Part shown: positions 35,304 to 44,771 of the stretch, one piece after another
How the letters are laid out: each line of letters starts with the position of its first letter
Numbering within the stretch: the first letter of the stretch is position 1
Origin: Bacillota bacterium
Lineage (GTDB): Bacteria > Bacillota > Desulfitobacteriia > Desulfitobacteriales > JAJXUE01
Reading direction: 5' to 3'
NCBI GenBank assembly: GCA_021783135.1
Contig: JAJXUE010000010.1
Location: 4,115-68,114, forward strand
DNA: 64,000 nucleotides
Position numbers and translations under genes: made by a program
Notes under the pieces: generated by a model
The model's database searches: none
Told to the model about the DNA's origin: nothing
The model's input: the letters and a program-made list of their open reading frames with translations, nothing else

Positions 35304-37589
35304 ATGATCTTGCGACGATACAGAACTTTGTTAGCAGTAATGGTGCTCTTCGCACTGGGAGTGGTGTTGGGGAGCGCAGTACCTTATATGGGCAATCCAC
35401 CGCTCGAAACTGGGGTGCCGCAAGGCAATGATGCAAGTTACCCACTGCAGTCACCAGACAGGGTTAAGCTTGACTTAAATGGAATGTGGTACAGTTATAG
35501 CTCTCTGGAGGCGGCGAGGTCTGCTAGGCCCGCAACCGGGCAAGTAGCACAAGGAAAAGTGTCCGCAAGCACAGCTGTACCTGTTCCTGGTAGTTGGTCT
35601 AATCCGGTCGCCGTAAAACAGTTTTATTTGAGCAATACTTTAGCAGGACGCACTTTTCGCTTGCAGTTCATGAGCTTCGGGAGTAATGTGCAAGTCTTTC
35701 TCAATGGATATACAGCAGTTGACAGTTTGGGACACTTTGCTGCCAGTAATGTGCCGGTCAGTGTGGTTGTTCCCAAGCCTCGCTTGAAATTTGGTCAGCT
35801 TAACACCCTTGCGGTTCAAATGGGGCAAACTCCGAGTGACGGGCCGTGGCTTGCTGCCCCCGGGTTAACCGGTGATGTTTACTTAGAAGGTTTAAATGAT
35901 ATAGTTTTAGCCGCACCGCAGATTACCACAGTGCTTAATGCCCGGGGAGCGTTAGTAAGTTACAACATTCCCTACCAACTTACGGAACCTGGGATCAAGT
36001 TGACGAGTCAAATCAGCTTGCTTGATACGACCGCGGCGACTATGGCGGGCACCACGGACCAAACGATGGTTGGCACAACCGGTCAGACTGTGACTTCCAC
36101 GACGAGCCAGACCATAGCCGCAGCAACTCAAACTTTCACAGGTAGTGGCGGGGGGGCAATAAACGGTAAATTTGTCATTACCAAGCCGCAGCTGTGGAGT
36201 TTGGCAGACCCCCATCTTTACAGGCTACATGTATCCTTAACAGCCGCCGACGGGGAGCGTGACTCGTACACTGTGCCACTTGGCATACGACAATTGGCGT
36301 GGCGTGGTACGCACTTGTGGTTAAATGGCACGGTTATTCAACCTAAAGTTGTGCGCCGGGTCAATGACGCACCCGGCAGCGGTGCGGCTGGTAACCCTGG
36401 GGCTATTAGTAAGGATTTGGCTTGGGCCAAGGTGCAGGGATACAATATTGTGCTCGTTCCAGATCATATGCCACAACCTTATATGTGGGATGCTGCCGAT
36501 CGGGACGGCCTCTTGCTGCTGTGTGCTTCCGGTAAAACGGCTTTATCCGGTAGGCAGCCCTTGCAGCAGGCACTGCGCGAACAGGCGAGAGTGCAGGCTC
36601 TATTTGGCTACCATCCGTCCTTTCTGGCTCAGGGTGTGGGGGATGCACTGGACCTGCAGGATGCAGGAGTAAAAGCATACATCCAACAGTCAGGGGCAGC
36701 TGGGACGGGTTTTTATACTGTTTTGGGTAACCCGAAGGAGATTATATTTACTAATGGCTGGAAGTTAGATGCACAAGCACCCTATTTGGCTGATTTTTTA
36801 ACTGCCAAGCTTTCTGTGCGCGGACGAGACTTTGTCACTAACCACCTTAACCCTGACGGAATCCTTGATCGACAACGTAACCCCAAAGAAGTACCCTCCA
36901 ACCAGGCTGCCGGAGCCCAATTCCCGCGCGGGTTATTTTGGCTCGTGGCAGCGGTAGCTGTAGTACTTTTGGTGCGCACTTGGGGCAGCGGCAATTTGCG
37001 CTATCCGGACTTGACGGTGATCAAACATAAACGTAAACTACGGCGCATTATAGGGCAACAATTTTTCTGGTATGTGTTGCGTTGGGCGGCCACTGCTTTG
37101 ATTGGGGCTCAGTTAGCTTATCAAGCGGTTGTCTGGCCCGAGGGAGCTTATCTGGTCGAACGCATGCCGGCAAATTCATTACAGGCTGCGATTTGGTATG
37201 GGGCAGCTCATCCGTTAGAATTGGCACTCGCGTTATTTGCGGTGGGGATAGCGATATCATGGCTACTGGCGTGGCCCTACGCCAAGACATTGCCGGATAA
37301 ACCGGGCGCGTTTGCGCTGTTATTATGGCTGGAGAAACGCAAACGTTGGTTACTGCCCGCGCTGGGACTGTGGATCTGGGGGGACTACGGTGGTCCCAAT
37401 TGGCCCTTTTGGCTTGCGTTGGGAAGTGGACTGGGCCTGAGTGCTTGGTTGACTGACCGAGATGTCCGAACAGCCGGGGGTAAAAGTTTAGGTGTGATAT
37501 ATTTAGGATGTGCGCTGACGTTAGGGATAAGCTTAATTGGATTTAATTGGGGCACCATTGTGTATCTGTATCACTGGCTAAAAGCATAG
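35304..37589 (+). CDS. membrane protein: N-terminal TM anchor, GH2-like (beta-galactosidase-type) sugar-binding and Ig-like domains, truncated barrel, C-terminal polytopic domain
   Basis: AGGGGT SD precedes ATG 35304. PQLWSLADPHLYRLHVSLTAADG...GIRQLAWRGTHLWLNGTV parallels LacZ [23 protein letters not shown]...GFREVRIENGLLLLNGKP (from memory). About 6 TM helices in the last 230 aa. Confidence 0.7.
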   Translation: MILRRYRTLLAVMVLFALGVVLGSAVPYMGNPPLETGVPQGNDASYPLQSPDRVKLDLNGMWYSYSSLEAARSARPATGQVAQGKVSASTAVPVPGSWSNPVAVKQFYLSNTLAGRTFRLQFMSFGSNVQVFLNGYTAVDSLGHFAASNVPVSVVVPKPRLKFGQLNTLAVQMGQTPSDGPWLAAPGLTGDVYLEGLNDIVLAAPQITTVLNARGALVSYNIPYQLTEPGIKLTSQISLLDTTAATMAGTTDQTMVGTTGQTVTSTTSQTIAAATQTFTGSGGGAINGKFVITKPQLWSLADPHLYRLHVSLTAADGERDSYTVPLGIRQLAWRGTHLWLNGTVIQPKVVRRVNDAPGSGAAGNPGAISKDLAWAKVQGYNIVLVPDHMPQPYMWDAADRDGLLLLCASGKTALSGRQPLQQALREQARVQALFGYHPSFLAQGVGDALDLQDAGVKAYIQQSGAAGTGFYTVLGNPKEIIFTNGWKLDAQAPYLADFLTAKLSVRGRDFVTNHLNPDGILDRQRNPKEVPSNQAAGAQFPRGLFWLVAAVAVVLLVRTWGSGNLRYPDLTVIKHKRKLRRIIGQQFFWYVLRWAATALIGAQLAYQAVVWPEGAYLVERMPANSLQAAIWYGAAHPLELALALFAVGIAISWLLAWPYAKTLPDKPGAFALLLWLEKRKRWLLPALGLWIWGDYGGPNWPFWLALGSGLGLSAWLTDRDVRTAGGKSLGVIYLGCALTLGISLIGFNWGTIVYLYHWLKA

Positions 37590-37700
37590 CTAGAGGTTGG
37601 CAGCATCAGACTGCGCCTGGGACAGGGGTGTTGACCCTGTCGGATTAGTTTGTTATAATACAGTTGCTCAATTGAGTATAACTGAATAGCCTTATTTTAT

Positions 37701-37808
37701 CTCTTATCAAGAGTGGCTGAGGGACTGGCCCAATGAAGCCCGGCAACCGGCAGGAGGACTGCAGTGGTGCCAACCTGCAAACCGTTTTATGGTTTGAAAG
37801 ATGAGAGA
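37701..37808 (+). promoter_or_regulatory. SAM-I (S-box) riboswitch aptamer
   Basis: CTCTTATCAAGAGTGGCTGAGGGACTGGCCCAATGAAGCCCGGCAACC...GGTGCCAACCTGC...AAGATGAGAG matches the S-box consensus almost position for position. Confidence 0.9.
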
Positions 37809-37830
37809 GGCTCACCGCATCTGCGTCTGT

Positions 37831-37857
37831 ACCTCTTCCATCTGGAAGAGGTTTTTT
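37831..37857 (+). terminator. riboswitch expression-platform terminator
   Basis: ACCTCTTCCA-TC-TGGAAGAGGT followed by TTTTT, 24 nt before the hom start. Confidence 0.8.
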
Positions 37858-37880
37858 AATGTATAAAGGAGTGAAACGGG

Positions 37881-39191
37881 TTGCGCGAAATTAATATCGG
37901 TCTTTTAGGTCTGGGGACTGTGGGTTCGGGTGTTATCAAAGCGTTGCAGCAAAACAACCACAATATTTCTGCTAAACTAAACGCTGAATTAAAGGTAAAA
38001 CGAATTCTGGTGCGGGAATTGGCTAAGGAACGTGCGGTAAAAGTTGATGCCGGTATGCTTACGGGTGACTTTAGCGCCATTTTAGACGATACATCCATCA
38101 GTATTATAGTTGAGGCTATGGGCGGTATTGAGCCGGCACGGGAGTATATCCTGCAGGCCCTAGGCAAGGGTAAACACGTCGTGACAGCAAACAAAGAAGT
38201 CGTAGCTAAGTATGGACGGGAAATTTTAGCTGTCGCGGAGAAGATGGGGGTAGAGGTATGCTTTGAGGCGAGCGTGGGCGGGGGCATACCGATTATCCGT
38301 CCTTTGAAACAATGCTTGGCCGCGAATGAAATCCAAGAAATTATCGGCATAATTAATGGTACTACTAACTATATCCTGACGAAGATGGCTACCGAGGGGA
38401 AAGATTTTGCCGCTATTTTACAGGAAGCCCAGGCCAAGGGCTACGCAGAGCCTGACCCAACTAGTGATGTTGATGGCTATGATGCCGCGTACAAATTGGC
38501 GATTCTTGCCTCTTTGGCCTTTGGTACGCCGGTGGGGTTCTCCGACGTTAAATTTACCGGTATAGGTCATATAACGCGGGAGGACATGGTTTGGGCCGAT
38601 AAATTGGGTTGCGTGATTAAGTTGTTGGCAGTAGCCAAGTTGCAGGCCCAGGGTTTGGAATTGCGGGTAGAGCCTTGTCTGGTGCCGCAATCCCACCCCT
38701 TAGCGAGTGTAAACGATGTCTTTAATGGCATTTATCTCAAGGGTAATTTGGTAGGAGAGGTGCTCTTTACCGGCAGAGGTGCCGGAGATTTGCCGACAGC
38801 CAGCGCGGTCGTAGCAGATTTGATGGATGTGGCACAAACCATTTTGGCCGCGAGAAGCGCCAGACCGGCCTGCACCTGCTATCGCAATCTGCCTGTGCTC
38901 GATCAACACGAGATTCCCGCTGCTTTTTATCTGCGCGTAGCTGTGCGCAAAGCCGATGCAATTCTAAGTGTGAACCAAATCTTTAATCAAAGCTCAATTC
39001 CTGTGACTGTGGCCGGTAAGAAGCTGAAGCAGCACAAAGGCGGTAGTGTAGTTTATATAATTTCCGATATAACTTACACGGCGTTAGCTGACGTAGTTGC
39101 TAAATTACGCGAGGCCCCGGGAGTTGCCGACGTCAGCTTGTTTCCGCTGGAAGGTTTATGTGCCGACGACGTGGTATCTGCTAAAGTATAA
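37881..39191 (+). CDS. hom: homoserine dehydrogenase (with C-terminal ACT domain)
   Basis: N-terminal IGLLGLGTVGSGV NAD fold and the central motifs FEASVGGGIPII and INGTTNYILT. Confidence 0.9.
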   Translation: MREINIGLLGLGTVGSGVIKALQQNNHNISAKLNAELKVKRILVRELAKERAVKVDAGMLTGDFSAILDDTSISIIVEAMGGIEPAREYILQALGKGKHVVTANKEVVAKYGREILAVAEKMGVEVCFEASVGGGIPIIRPLKQCLAANEIQEIIGIINGTTNYILTKMATEGKDFAAILQEAQAKGYAEPDPTSDVDGYDAAYKLAILASLAFGTPVGFSDVKFTGIGHITREDMVWADKLGCVIKLLAVAKLQAQGLELRVEPCLVPQSHPLASVNDVFNGIYLKGNLVGEVLFTGRGAGDLPTASAVVADLMDVAQTILAARSARPACTCYRNLPVLDQHEIPAAFYLRVAVRKADAILSVNQIFNQSSIPVTVAGKKLKQHKGGSVVYIISDITYTALADVVAKLREAPGVADVSLFPLEGLCADDVVSAKV

Positions 39192-39211
39192 GCGATTAGG
39201 AGGAAAATTTT

Positions 39212-40279
39212 ATGCATCCGTTTTCAACTACCGGTTTGATTACCGGTGTTGGCAGCCTGCCCTTTTCGACTGCCGAACCGGCGTTGGATTTAATCTGGCA
39301 AAGCCTGCCGTTAGCTCCCCATTGGCCGCAGCTTCCTAAGGCCGGACATCAGGAAGGGTTCTCCAGTCAATATGTACAGGCGCTGGTCAGGCTTGGCTTG
39401 GTGTGTGATGAGGCAAGTTTGTATTTTACAACCAACTCGTCTGCTTGGGTTGCAGGGCTAACCGCTTTTTATGATTTATATCTCACAGCCCTTGATGGGG
39501 ACGAAGCAGCTTTGGCTAACTTTGCCTTTCCGCTGCAAGCTGCCCGTGGGTTTTACGCTTTTGTGGATGATATTAAGCAAAACGGAACTCGTCAAGCTGT
39601 GTGCCTAAAGGGTCAACTCAGCGGCCCGCTTACTGTAGGCTTTCAATTAACTGACCCGGATAAAAAGGCGAGCTATTACGATTCGCAATTGCGAGATATC
39701 GTGGTAAAAAACCTGGCCCTGCACGCTATTTGGCAGGTTAAAACCTTACAGCAGTTTAAGCTGCCGGTTATTATGATGGTTGATGATCCGAGCTTGTACG
39801 CTTACGGCGCCTCGACGCATGTCACTCTGACACGCGAAGAAATAATTGCCGATTTAAATACGGTTTTTCAGGGTATTAAACAAGCAGGGGCAAAAGTGGG
39901 AACTCACGTCTGTGCCGGTATGGATTGGACCTTGCTCTTTGACACGGATGTAGAAATCATTAATTTTGATGCTTACGGCTATTTTGACAGCATGAAAGTT
40001 TACGCCGGTAGGTTGAATGAATTTCTGACACGGGGCGGGGTTATTTCTTGGGGTATAGTGCCAACTTCACAAACGGTGTTGGACGAAAGTGCCGCCAGCC
40101 TTTTCCAGCGCTTTAAGGGTTATGTACAAGAACTGGAGGACAGGGGTATCGAACGCGAACTGCTGCTGCGGCAAAGCATGTATACTCCTAGTTGCGGCGC
40201 AGGTACGCTCAGCTTAGAGTTAGCCGATAAGATTTATGCCACCCTGCAAGAATTCGGTCGCCTGGTCAAACAACTTTAA
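39212..40279 (+). CDS. MetE C-terminal-domain-like / UroD-fold zinc methyltransferase (short 'core' methionine synthase candidate)
   Basis: 355 aa. N-terminal TGVGSLP (compare MetE TTIGSFP), an HxC motif (THVCAG) and a C-terminal PSCGAG as candidate Zn ligands. Same SAM-riboswitch operon as hom. Confidence 0.65.
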   Translation: MHPFSTTGLITGVGSLPFSTAEPALDLIWQSLPLAPHWPQLPKAGHQEGFSSQYVQALVRLGLVCDEASLYFTTNSSAWVAGLTAFYDLYLTALDGDEAALANFAFPLQAARGFYAFVDDIKQNGTRQAVCLKGQLSGPLTVGFQLTDPDKKASYYDSQLRDIVVKNLALHAIWQVKTLQQFKLPVIMMVDDPSLYAYGASTHVTLTREEIIADLNTVFQGIKQAGAKVGTHVCAGMDWTLLFDTDVEIINFDAYGYFDSMKVYAGRLNEFLTRGGVISWGIVPTSQTVLDESAASLFQRFKGYVQELEDRGIERELLLRQSMYTPSCGAGTLSLELADKIYATLQEFGRLVKQL

Positions 40280-40363
40280 GTCCTGGCCGCAGGCATTCCG
40301 CGCAGCGGCGTCCAAATATAATTTCAAGCCGCAGGTGATACTGATAGAACCGGGTTTTATGAA

Positions 40364-40395
40364 CCAGTGTCCCAGTGTCCCAGTGTCCCAGTGTG
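40364..40395 (+). repeat. 8-bp tandem repeat (CCAGTGTC) x3 plus a partial fourth unit
   Basis: Read directly: CCAGTGTC CCAGTGTC CCAGTGTC CCAGTGTG. Confidence 0.9.
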
Positions 40396-40471
40396 TGATA
40401 GGTGTGTGAAGGATAATACTTTTTGTTGTCGAAAAATTAATATTCATATGGGCGCTGAGAGGAGGACCAGG

Positions 40472-41860
40472 ATGGATAGGTACAATGTAGTGGTAGTTGG
40501 TGGAGGGCCTGGAGGTTATGTCGCGGCAATCAAAGCGGCTCAACTGGGACTTAAGGTTGCTTTGGTCGAAAAAGAGGCGTTAGGAGGGACCTGTCTCAAT
40601 TGGGGCTGTATTCCCACTAAGGCTTTGGTCAAAAGCGCGGAAGTGTGGCGTGAGATGCAGCGTGCTGCCGAATACGGCCTTAGTGCTGCCGGATTGAGTT
40701 TCGATTACGCGCGGGTGATGGAACGTAAGAACGCTGTGGTCACAACCCTGGTAAAAGGTATCGAACAACTGGTAAAGAGCAATAAGGTTACACTTTACCG
40801 AGGTAGTGGTGAAATAGTAGAGGCCGGTAAGGTGACAGTACGCACGAGCGAGAAGCTGGAAGTACTAGCTACTGACAATATCATTATCGCCACCGGCTCA
40901 AGTCCGGCGCATCCGCCCATTCCCGGCAGCGATTTGCCCGGTGTGATGACGAGTGATGATGCTTTGGCGCAAACTAAGTTGCCAGAACGCGTGATTATTA
41001 TCGGCGGCGGCATCATCGGGCTGGAGTTTGCTTCAATTTATAACTCCTTTGGGAGCAAAGTTTCTGTGGTAGAGATGCTTCCGACGATATTACCACCTGT
41101 CGATGAGGAAATGGTAAGGCGTGTTGGACCACTATTTAAACGAGCGGGCATGGAGATTTTGACCAAAACCGCTGTCAAAGGTATCGCTAGAGAGGGGTCA
41201 GAGCTGGCGGTGACGGTTGAAGACGCTAATGGGCCTAAGGTTCTGCTGGGAGAACAAGTGCTGATTGCTACCGGGAGAAGACCCGCCCTTACAGGTGTCG
41301 ACTGGCAAGCCCTTGGGCTCAAGCTTGAGCGGGGGGCGATCGTGGTTAATGACAAGTTAGAAACCGGCATACCGGGAATTTATGCGGTTGGAGATGCGAT
41401 CGGCGGCATTATGTTGGCTCATGTTGCTTCTGCGGAAGGTGTGGTGGCAGCAGAAAATTGCGCTGGTGTGCAGAGCACGATCGATTATCGGGTTGTGCCG
41501 AGTTGCATTTTTACTTATCCTGAGCTTGCTGGTGTAGGTATGACTGAGCAAGAAGTCAAAACAGCAACAATACCTTATAAAGTGAGCAAATTTCCGTTTA
41601 GTGCTAACGGAAAAGCTTTGGCCATGGGTGAAACCTTGGGAACGGTGAAATTAATCGCTCATGCCACAAGTGGTGTGCTTTTGGGCGCGCATATCATGGG
41701 TCCGGGAGCCACAGATTTGGTGCATGAGTTAGCTTTGGCGGTTAAACAAGGTTTAAGCGGGGAGGATATCGCGCATACCATTCATGCCCATCCTACCCTA
41801 AGTGAAGCGGTCATGGAAGCGGCAGAAGGGCTTAGCGGTAAGGCGATCCACTTGGCGTAA
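40472..41860 (+). CDS. lpd: dihydrolipoyl dehydrogenase
   Basis: VVGGGPGGYVAAIKAAQLG plus the redox disulfide GGTCLNWGCIPTK and a C-terminal HAHPTLSE. GAGGAGGA SD precedes ATG 40472. Confidence 0.9.
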   Translation: MDRYNVVVVGGGPGGYVAAIKAAQLGLKVALVEKEALGGTCLNWGCIPTKALVKSAEVWREMQRAAEYGLSAAGLSFDYARVMERKNAVVTTLVKGIEQLVKSNKVTLYRGSGEIVEAGKVTVRTSEKLEVLATDNIIIATGSSPAHPPIPGSDLPGVMTSDDALAQTKLPERVIIIGGGIIGLEFASIYNSFGSKVSVVEMLPTILPPVDEEMVRRVGPLFKRAGMEILTKTAVKGIAREGSELAVTVEDANGPKVLLGEQVLIATGRRPALTGVDWQALGLKLERGAIVVNDKLETGIPGIYAVGDAIGGIMLAHVASAEGVVAAENCAGVQSTIDYRVVPSCIFTYPELAGVGMTEQEVKTATIPYKVSKFPFSANGKALAMGETLGTVKLIAHATSGVLLGAHIMGPGATDLVHELALAVKQGLSGEDIAHTIHAHPTLSEAVMEAAEGLSGKAIHLA

Positions 41861-41888
41861 CCAAAAAGCAGGGATTGAGGTTGGTTAG

Positions 41889-42443
41889 ATGCAAAAAATT
41901 GTGGTCGGAATTACCGGGGCCAGCGGGGCTATTTATGGCATAAGATTGTTACAAGTGCTGCAGGAAATGGGTGTCGAAACGCATTTGGTGGTCAGTCCAA
42001 CCGGTCAAAAGGTAATTAAATTTGAGACAGGCTATGACCGCGCCGGACTGCAAAGCCTGGCCCACTGGCATGATGTTGCTGATTTGTTTGCGCCTATAGC
42101 CAGCGGCTCCTTTTTAGCTACTGCCATGGTTATCGCCCCTTGTTCGATGCACTCGCTGGCAGGGGTAGCTCAAGGCATAACCGATAATCTTTTGCTGCGC
42201 AGTGCAGATGTGATGCTAAAAGAAGGGAAACCCCTGATTTTGGTGCCGCGTGAAGCGCCGCTGAATAAAATCCATGTGGGAAATATGCTTAAGGCGATTG
42301 ATGCGGGAGCTAAGCTCGTGCCGGCCGCCCCTGCCTTCTATCATCGCCCACAAACTGTACAGGATTTAGTCGATTTTGTGGTGGGGAAAGTGCTGGATAG
42401 TTTAGGTATTGAGCATACCCTGTTTCGGCGTTGGGGAACCTAA
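41889..42443 (+). CDS. ubiX: flavin prenyltransferase UbiX
   Basis: 184 aa. ITGASGAIYGIRLL and the flavoprotein fold are typical of UbiX/Pad1. Confidence 0.9.
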   Translation: MQKIVVGITGASGAIYGIRLLQVLQEMGVETHLVVSPTGQKVIKFETGYDRAGLQSLAHWHDVADLFAPIASGSFLATAMVIAPCSMHSLAGVAQGITDNLLLRSADVMLKEGKPLILVPREAPLNKIHVGNMLKAIDAGAKLVPAAPAFYHRPQTVQDLVDFVVGKVLDSLGIEHTLFRRWGT

Positions 42444-42477
42444 TTTAAGCAGACACCGATTTTTCTTTTTAGAGTGT

Positions 42478-42527
42478 GGCAGGACTGCGTGTGTTGGAGA
42501 CAACCATGTAGTCCTGCCTTATTTTTC
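42478..42527 (+). terminator. intrinsic terminator
   Basis: GGCAGGACT / AGTCCTGCC stem with an internally structured loop, then TTATTTTT. Confidence 0.65.
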
Positions 42528-42694
42528 GGGTTTTTGTTATGTAGATTCTAGAATTAAGATGGAATATCAAGACATAATTAACTGAAAATGTATAGCAAAA
42601 AATAGGCTTGTCTACCGTTCAACTATATATTTCGACTGTTTAACTAGCAATTTATACAGTTGGGGAAAAAGCAAGCTAATCTTATCGAAAACTT

Positions 42695-42703
42695 TGCTAC
42701 AAT
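42695..42703 (+). promoter_or_regulatory. candidate extended -10 promoter of the methylmalonyl-CoA pathway operon
   Basis: TGcTACAAT, 66 nt upstream of sucC. No good -35 element. Confidence 0.3.
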
Positions 42704-42769
42704 GAATTCTAAATATAATATGTTTTCTTAAAATTCAGAATTAAGTATTGCGGTGATGAGGAGGATAAT

Positions 42770-43879
42770 ATGAAACTGTTTGAGTTTATGGCCAAGGAGC
42801 TGTTTGCCCGTAACGGAATCCCGATACCACAAGGACGGGTGGTAAGAGTGCCGTCGGAGGCGGCCGCGGCTTGTCAAACAATCGGTTCTGTGGTGCTCAA
42901 GTCACAAATACTTTCCGGCGGGAGAGGAAAAGCAGGCGGAATCAAGTTCGCCGATACCCCAGACGAGGCTGCCACTGCAGCCGGGGAAATTTTAGGAACT
43001 GAACTTAAAGGATTTACAGTTGACACGTTATTAGTGGAACAAAAATTGCAAATAGACCAAGAATTGTACTTAGCGATAACTATCGATAAGGCTGCACAAT
43101 GTCCGGTGCTGATTGCATCAGCTTTTGGCGGAATGGACATTGAAGATTTAGCTGAAGACAAGTTGGTTAAGCATAACATTGATGTTGGCATTGGTATTAT
43201 GCCGTATCTGACGCGGGAACTTAACCGCAAATTGGGACTAAGCGGAGTACTGGCGCAGCAAGCGGCAGAAATTTTTACTAATCTGTATAAGGTGTTTCGT
43301 GAGTATGATGCCGAACTGGTGGAAATTAATCCGCTCGTTGTAAGCGGTGAGAAGCTTGTCGCGGCCGATGGTAAGGTCACCATTGATGACGAGGCGATGT
43401 TTCGCGTCGGGGAGTTAGTACCGCACACCGAAGAACGTACCGACTTGGAAATTAAGGCAGCGGAGCTCGGGATATCCTACGTTCAGCTTGAGGGCGATAT
43501 TGCGGTTATGGCCAATGGGGCCGGCATTACGATGGCCACGCTGGATATTTTACAACATTACGGCGGTCACCCGGCGAATTTTATGGACGCTGGGGGCGGG
43601 GCAGGCATAGAAGCAACGGCGAAGGCTTTGGAGATCTTGCTGGCAACGCAGCCAAAGGCGATATTGGTGAATATTTTTGGTGGGATTACGCGCTGTGATG
43701 ATGTAGCAACTGCATTTGCGCAGGTTAAGCAGTCCAGAGGTATTGATGTGCCGTTAGTCATTCGCTTGGTGGGAACAAATCAAGCTGAGGGAGTGCGAAT
43801 TTTGCAGGAAAATGGTATAGATTCCTTCCGTACCATTAAAGAAGCCGTGGAAAAAGTAGTACAAATTGCTAATGCGTGA
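42770..43879 (+). CDS. sucC: succinate--CoA ligase subunit beta
   Basis: ATP-grasp N-terminus MKLFEFMAKELFARNGIPIP. C-terminal NIFGGITRCDDVA motif. Confidence 0.9.
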   Translation: MKLFEFMAKELFARNGIPIPQGRVVRVPSEAAAACQTIGSVVLKSQILSGGRGKAGGIKFADTPDEAATAAGEILGTELKGFTVDTLLVEQKLQIDQELYLAITIDKAAQCPVLIASAFGGMDIEDLAEDKLVKHNIDVGIGIMPYLTRELNRKLGLSGVLAQQAAEIFTNLYKVFREYDAELVEINPLVVSGEKLVAADGKVTIDDEAMFRVGELVPHTEERTDLEIKAAELGISYVQLEGDIAVMANGAGITMATLDILQHYGGHPANFMDAGGGAGIEATAKALEILLATQPKAILVNIFGGITRCDDVATAFAQVKQSRGIDVPLVIRLVGTNQAEGVRILQENGIDSFRTIKEAVEKVVQIANA

Positions 43880-43888
43880 GGTGAGAAA

Positions 43889-44755
43889 ATGGCAATTATA
43901 ATTGATGGGCAAACTCGAGTCTTAGTACAGGGAGCTACAGGAAATCAAGGCAGTTTTCATCTAAAGCAAATGCTTGCTTATGGTAGCAATGTGGTCGCCG
44001 GTGTTTCCCCCGGTAAGGGCGGTCAGAGCGTGGAAGCGGTGCCGGTTTTCGACACGGTCTTTGCTGCAGTTGAGGCGCAGCACCCAAATGCTTCTATTAT
44101 TTTTATTCCGGCGCGGCTAGCAAAAGAGGCTGCCTTTGAAGCAATGGAAGCGGGAATTGAGACGGTGGTTATCATTACGGAGCATATACCAGTGCATGAC
44201 GCCATGGATATTATGCATCTCGCTAAGGCGCGGGGGACGACAATTATCGGTCCGAATACGTTTGGTATTATCTCGCCGGGGCTGTGTAAAATGGGAATTA
44301 TGCCAAATTCTATTTTCCTGCCCGGTACGACGGGAGTGCTTGCACGCAGCGGAACACTCAGTTATGAAATTGTCTTTAATTTGACGGCTGCCGGCATTGG
44401 ACAATCTTCGGTGGTAGGTCTGGGCGGCGACCGGGTGGCAGGGCTATCTTTTGTGGATATTTTACAACGCTTTGAGGCAGATGAAGGTACAACCCAGGTC
44501 GTGCTTGTCGGGGAAATCGGCGGTAATGCCGAGGAAGAGGCAGCAGAATATATTAAAAGCATGCGTAAACCTGTAGTGGCCTATTTGGCCGGTAAGAGCG
44601 CACCCCCCGGCAAACGGATGGGCCATGCCGGTGCCATCATTGAGCGTGGCAAAGGTACCTTCGCCAGTAAGGTAACTGCCCTGAACGCGGCAGGGGCCCA
44701 AGTTGCAGCCCTGCCTTGGGAGGTTCCGAATTTATTGGCCCAAGTAAGCAGATAG
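43889..44755 (+). CDS. sucD: succinate--CoA ligase subunit alpha
   Basis: [12 protein letters not shown] and the phospho-histidine loop MGHAGAII. Confidence 0.9.
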   Translation: MAIIIDGQTRVLVQGATGNQGSFHLKQMLAYGSNVVAGVSPGKGGQSVEAVPVFDTVFAAVEAQHPNASIIFIPARLAKEAAFEAMEAGIETVVIITEHIPVHDAMDIMHLAKARGTTIIGPNTFGIISPGLCKMGIMPNSIFLPGTTGVLARSGTLSYEIVFNLTAAGIGQSSVVGLGGDRVAGLSFVDILQRFEADEGTTQVVLVGEIGGNAEEEAAEYIKSMRKPVVAYLAGKSAPPGKRMGHAGAIIERGKGTFASKVTALNAAGAQVAALPWEVPNLLAQVSR

Positions 44756-44771
44756 AAAAGAGGTGTACAGT

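Noticed and set aside
40367-40471. Cys-rich N-terminal extension of lpd in the track ORF (MSQCPSVPVCDRCV...).
   Set aside because: It is an artefact of translating the 8-bp tandem repeat. A strong GAGGAGGA SD precedes ATG 40472, which gives the canonical MDRYNVVVVGGGPGG N-terminus.
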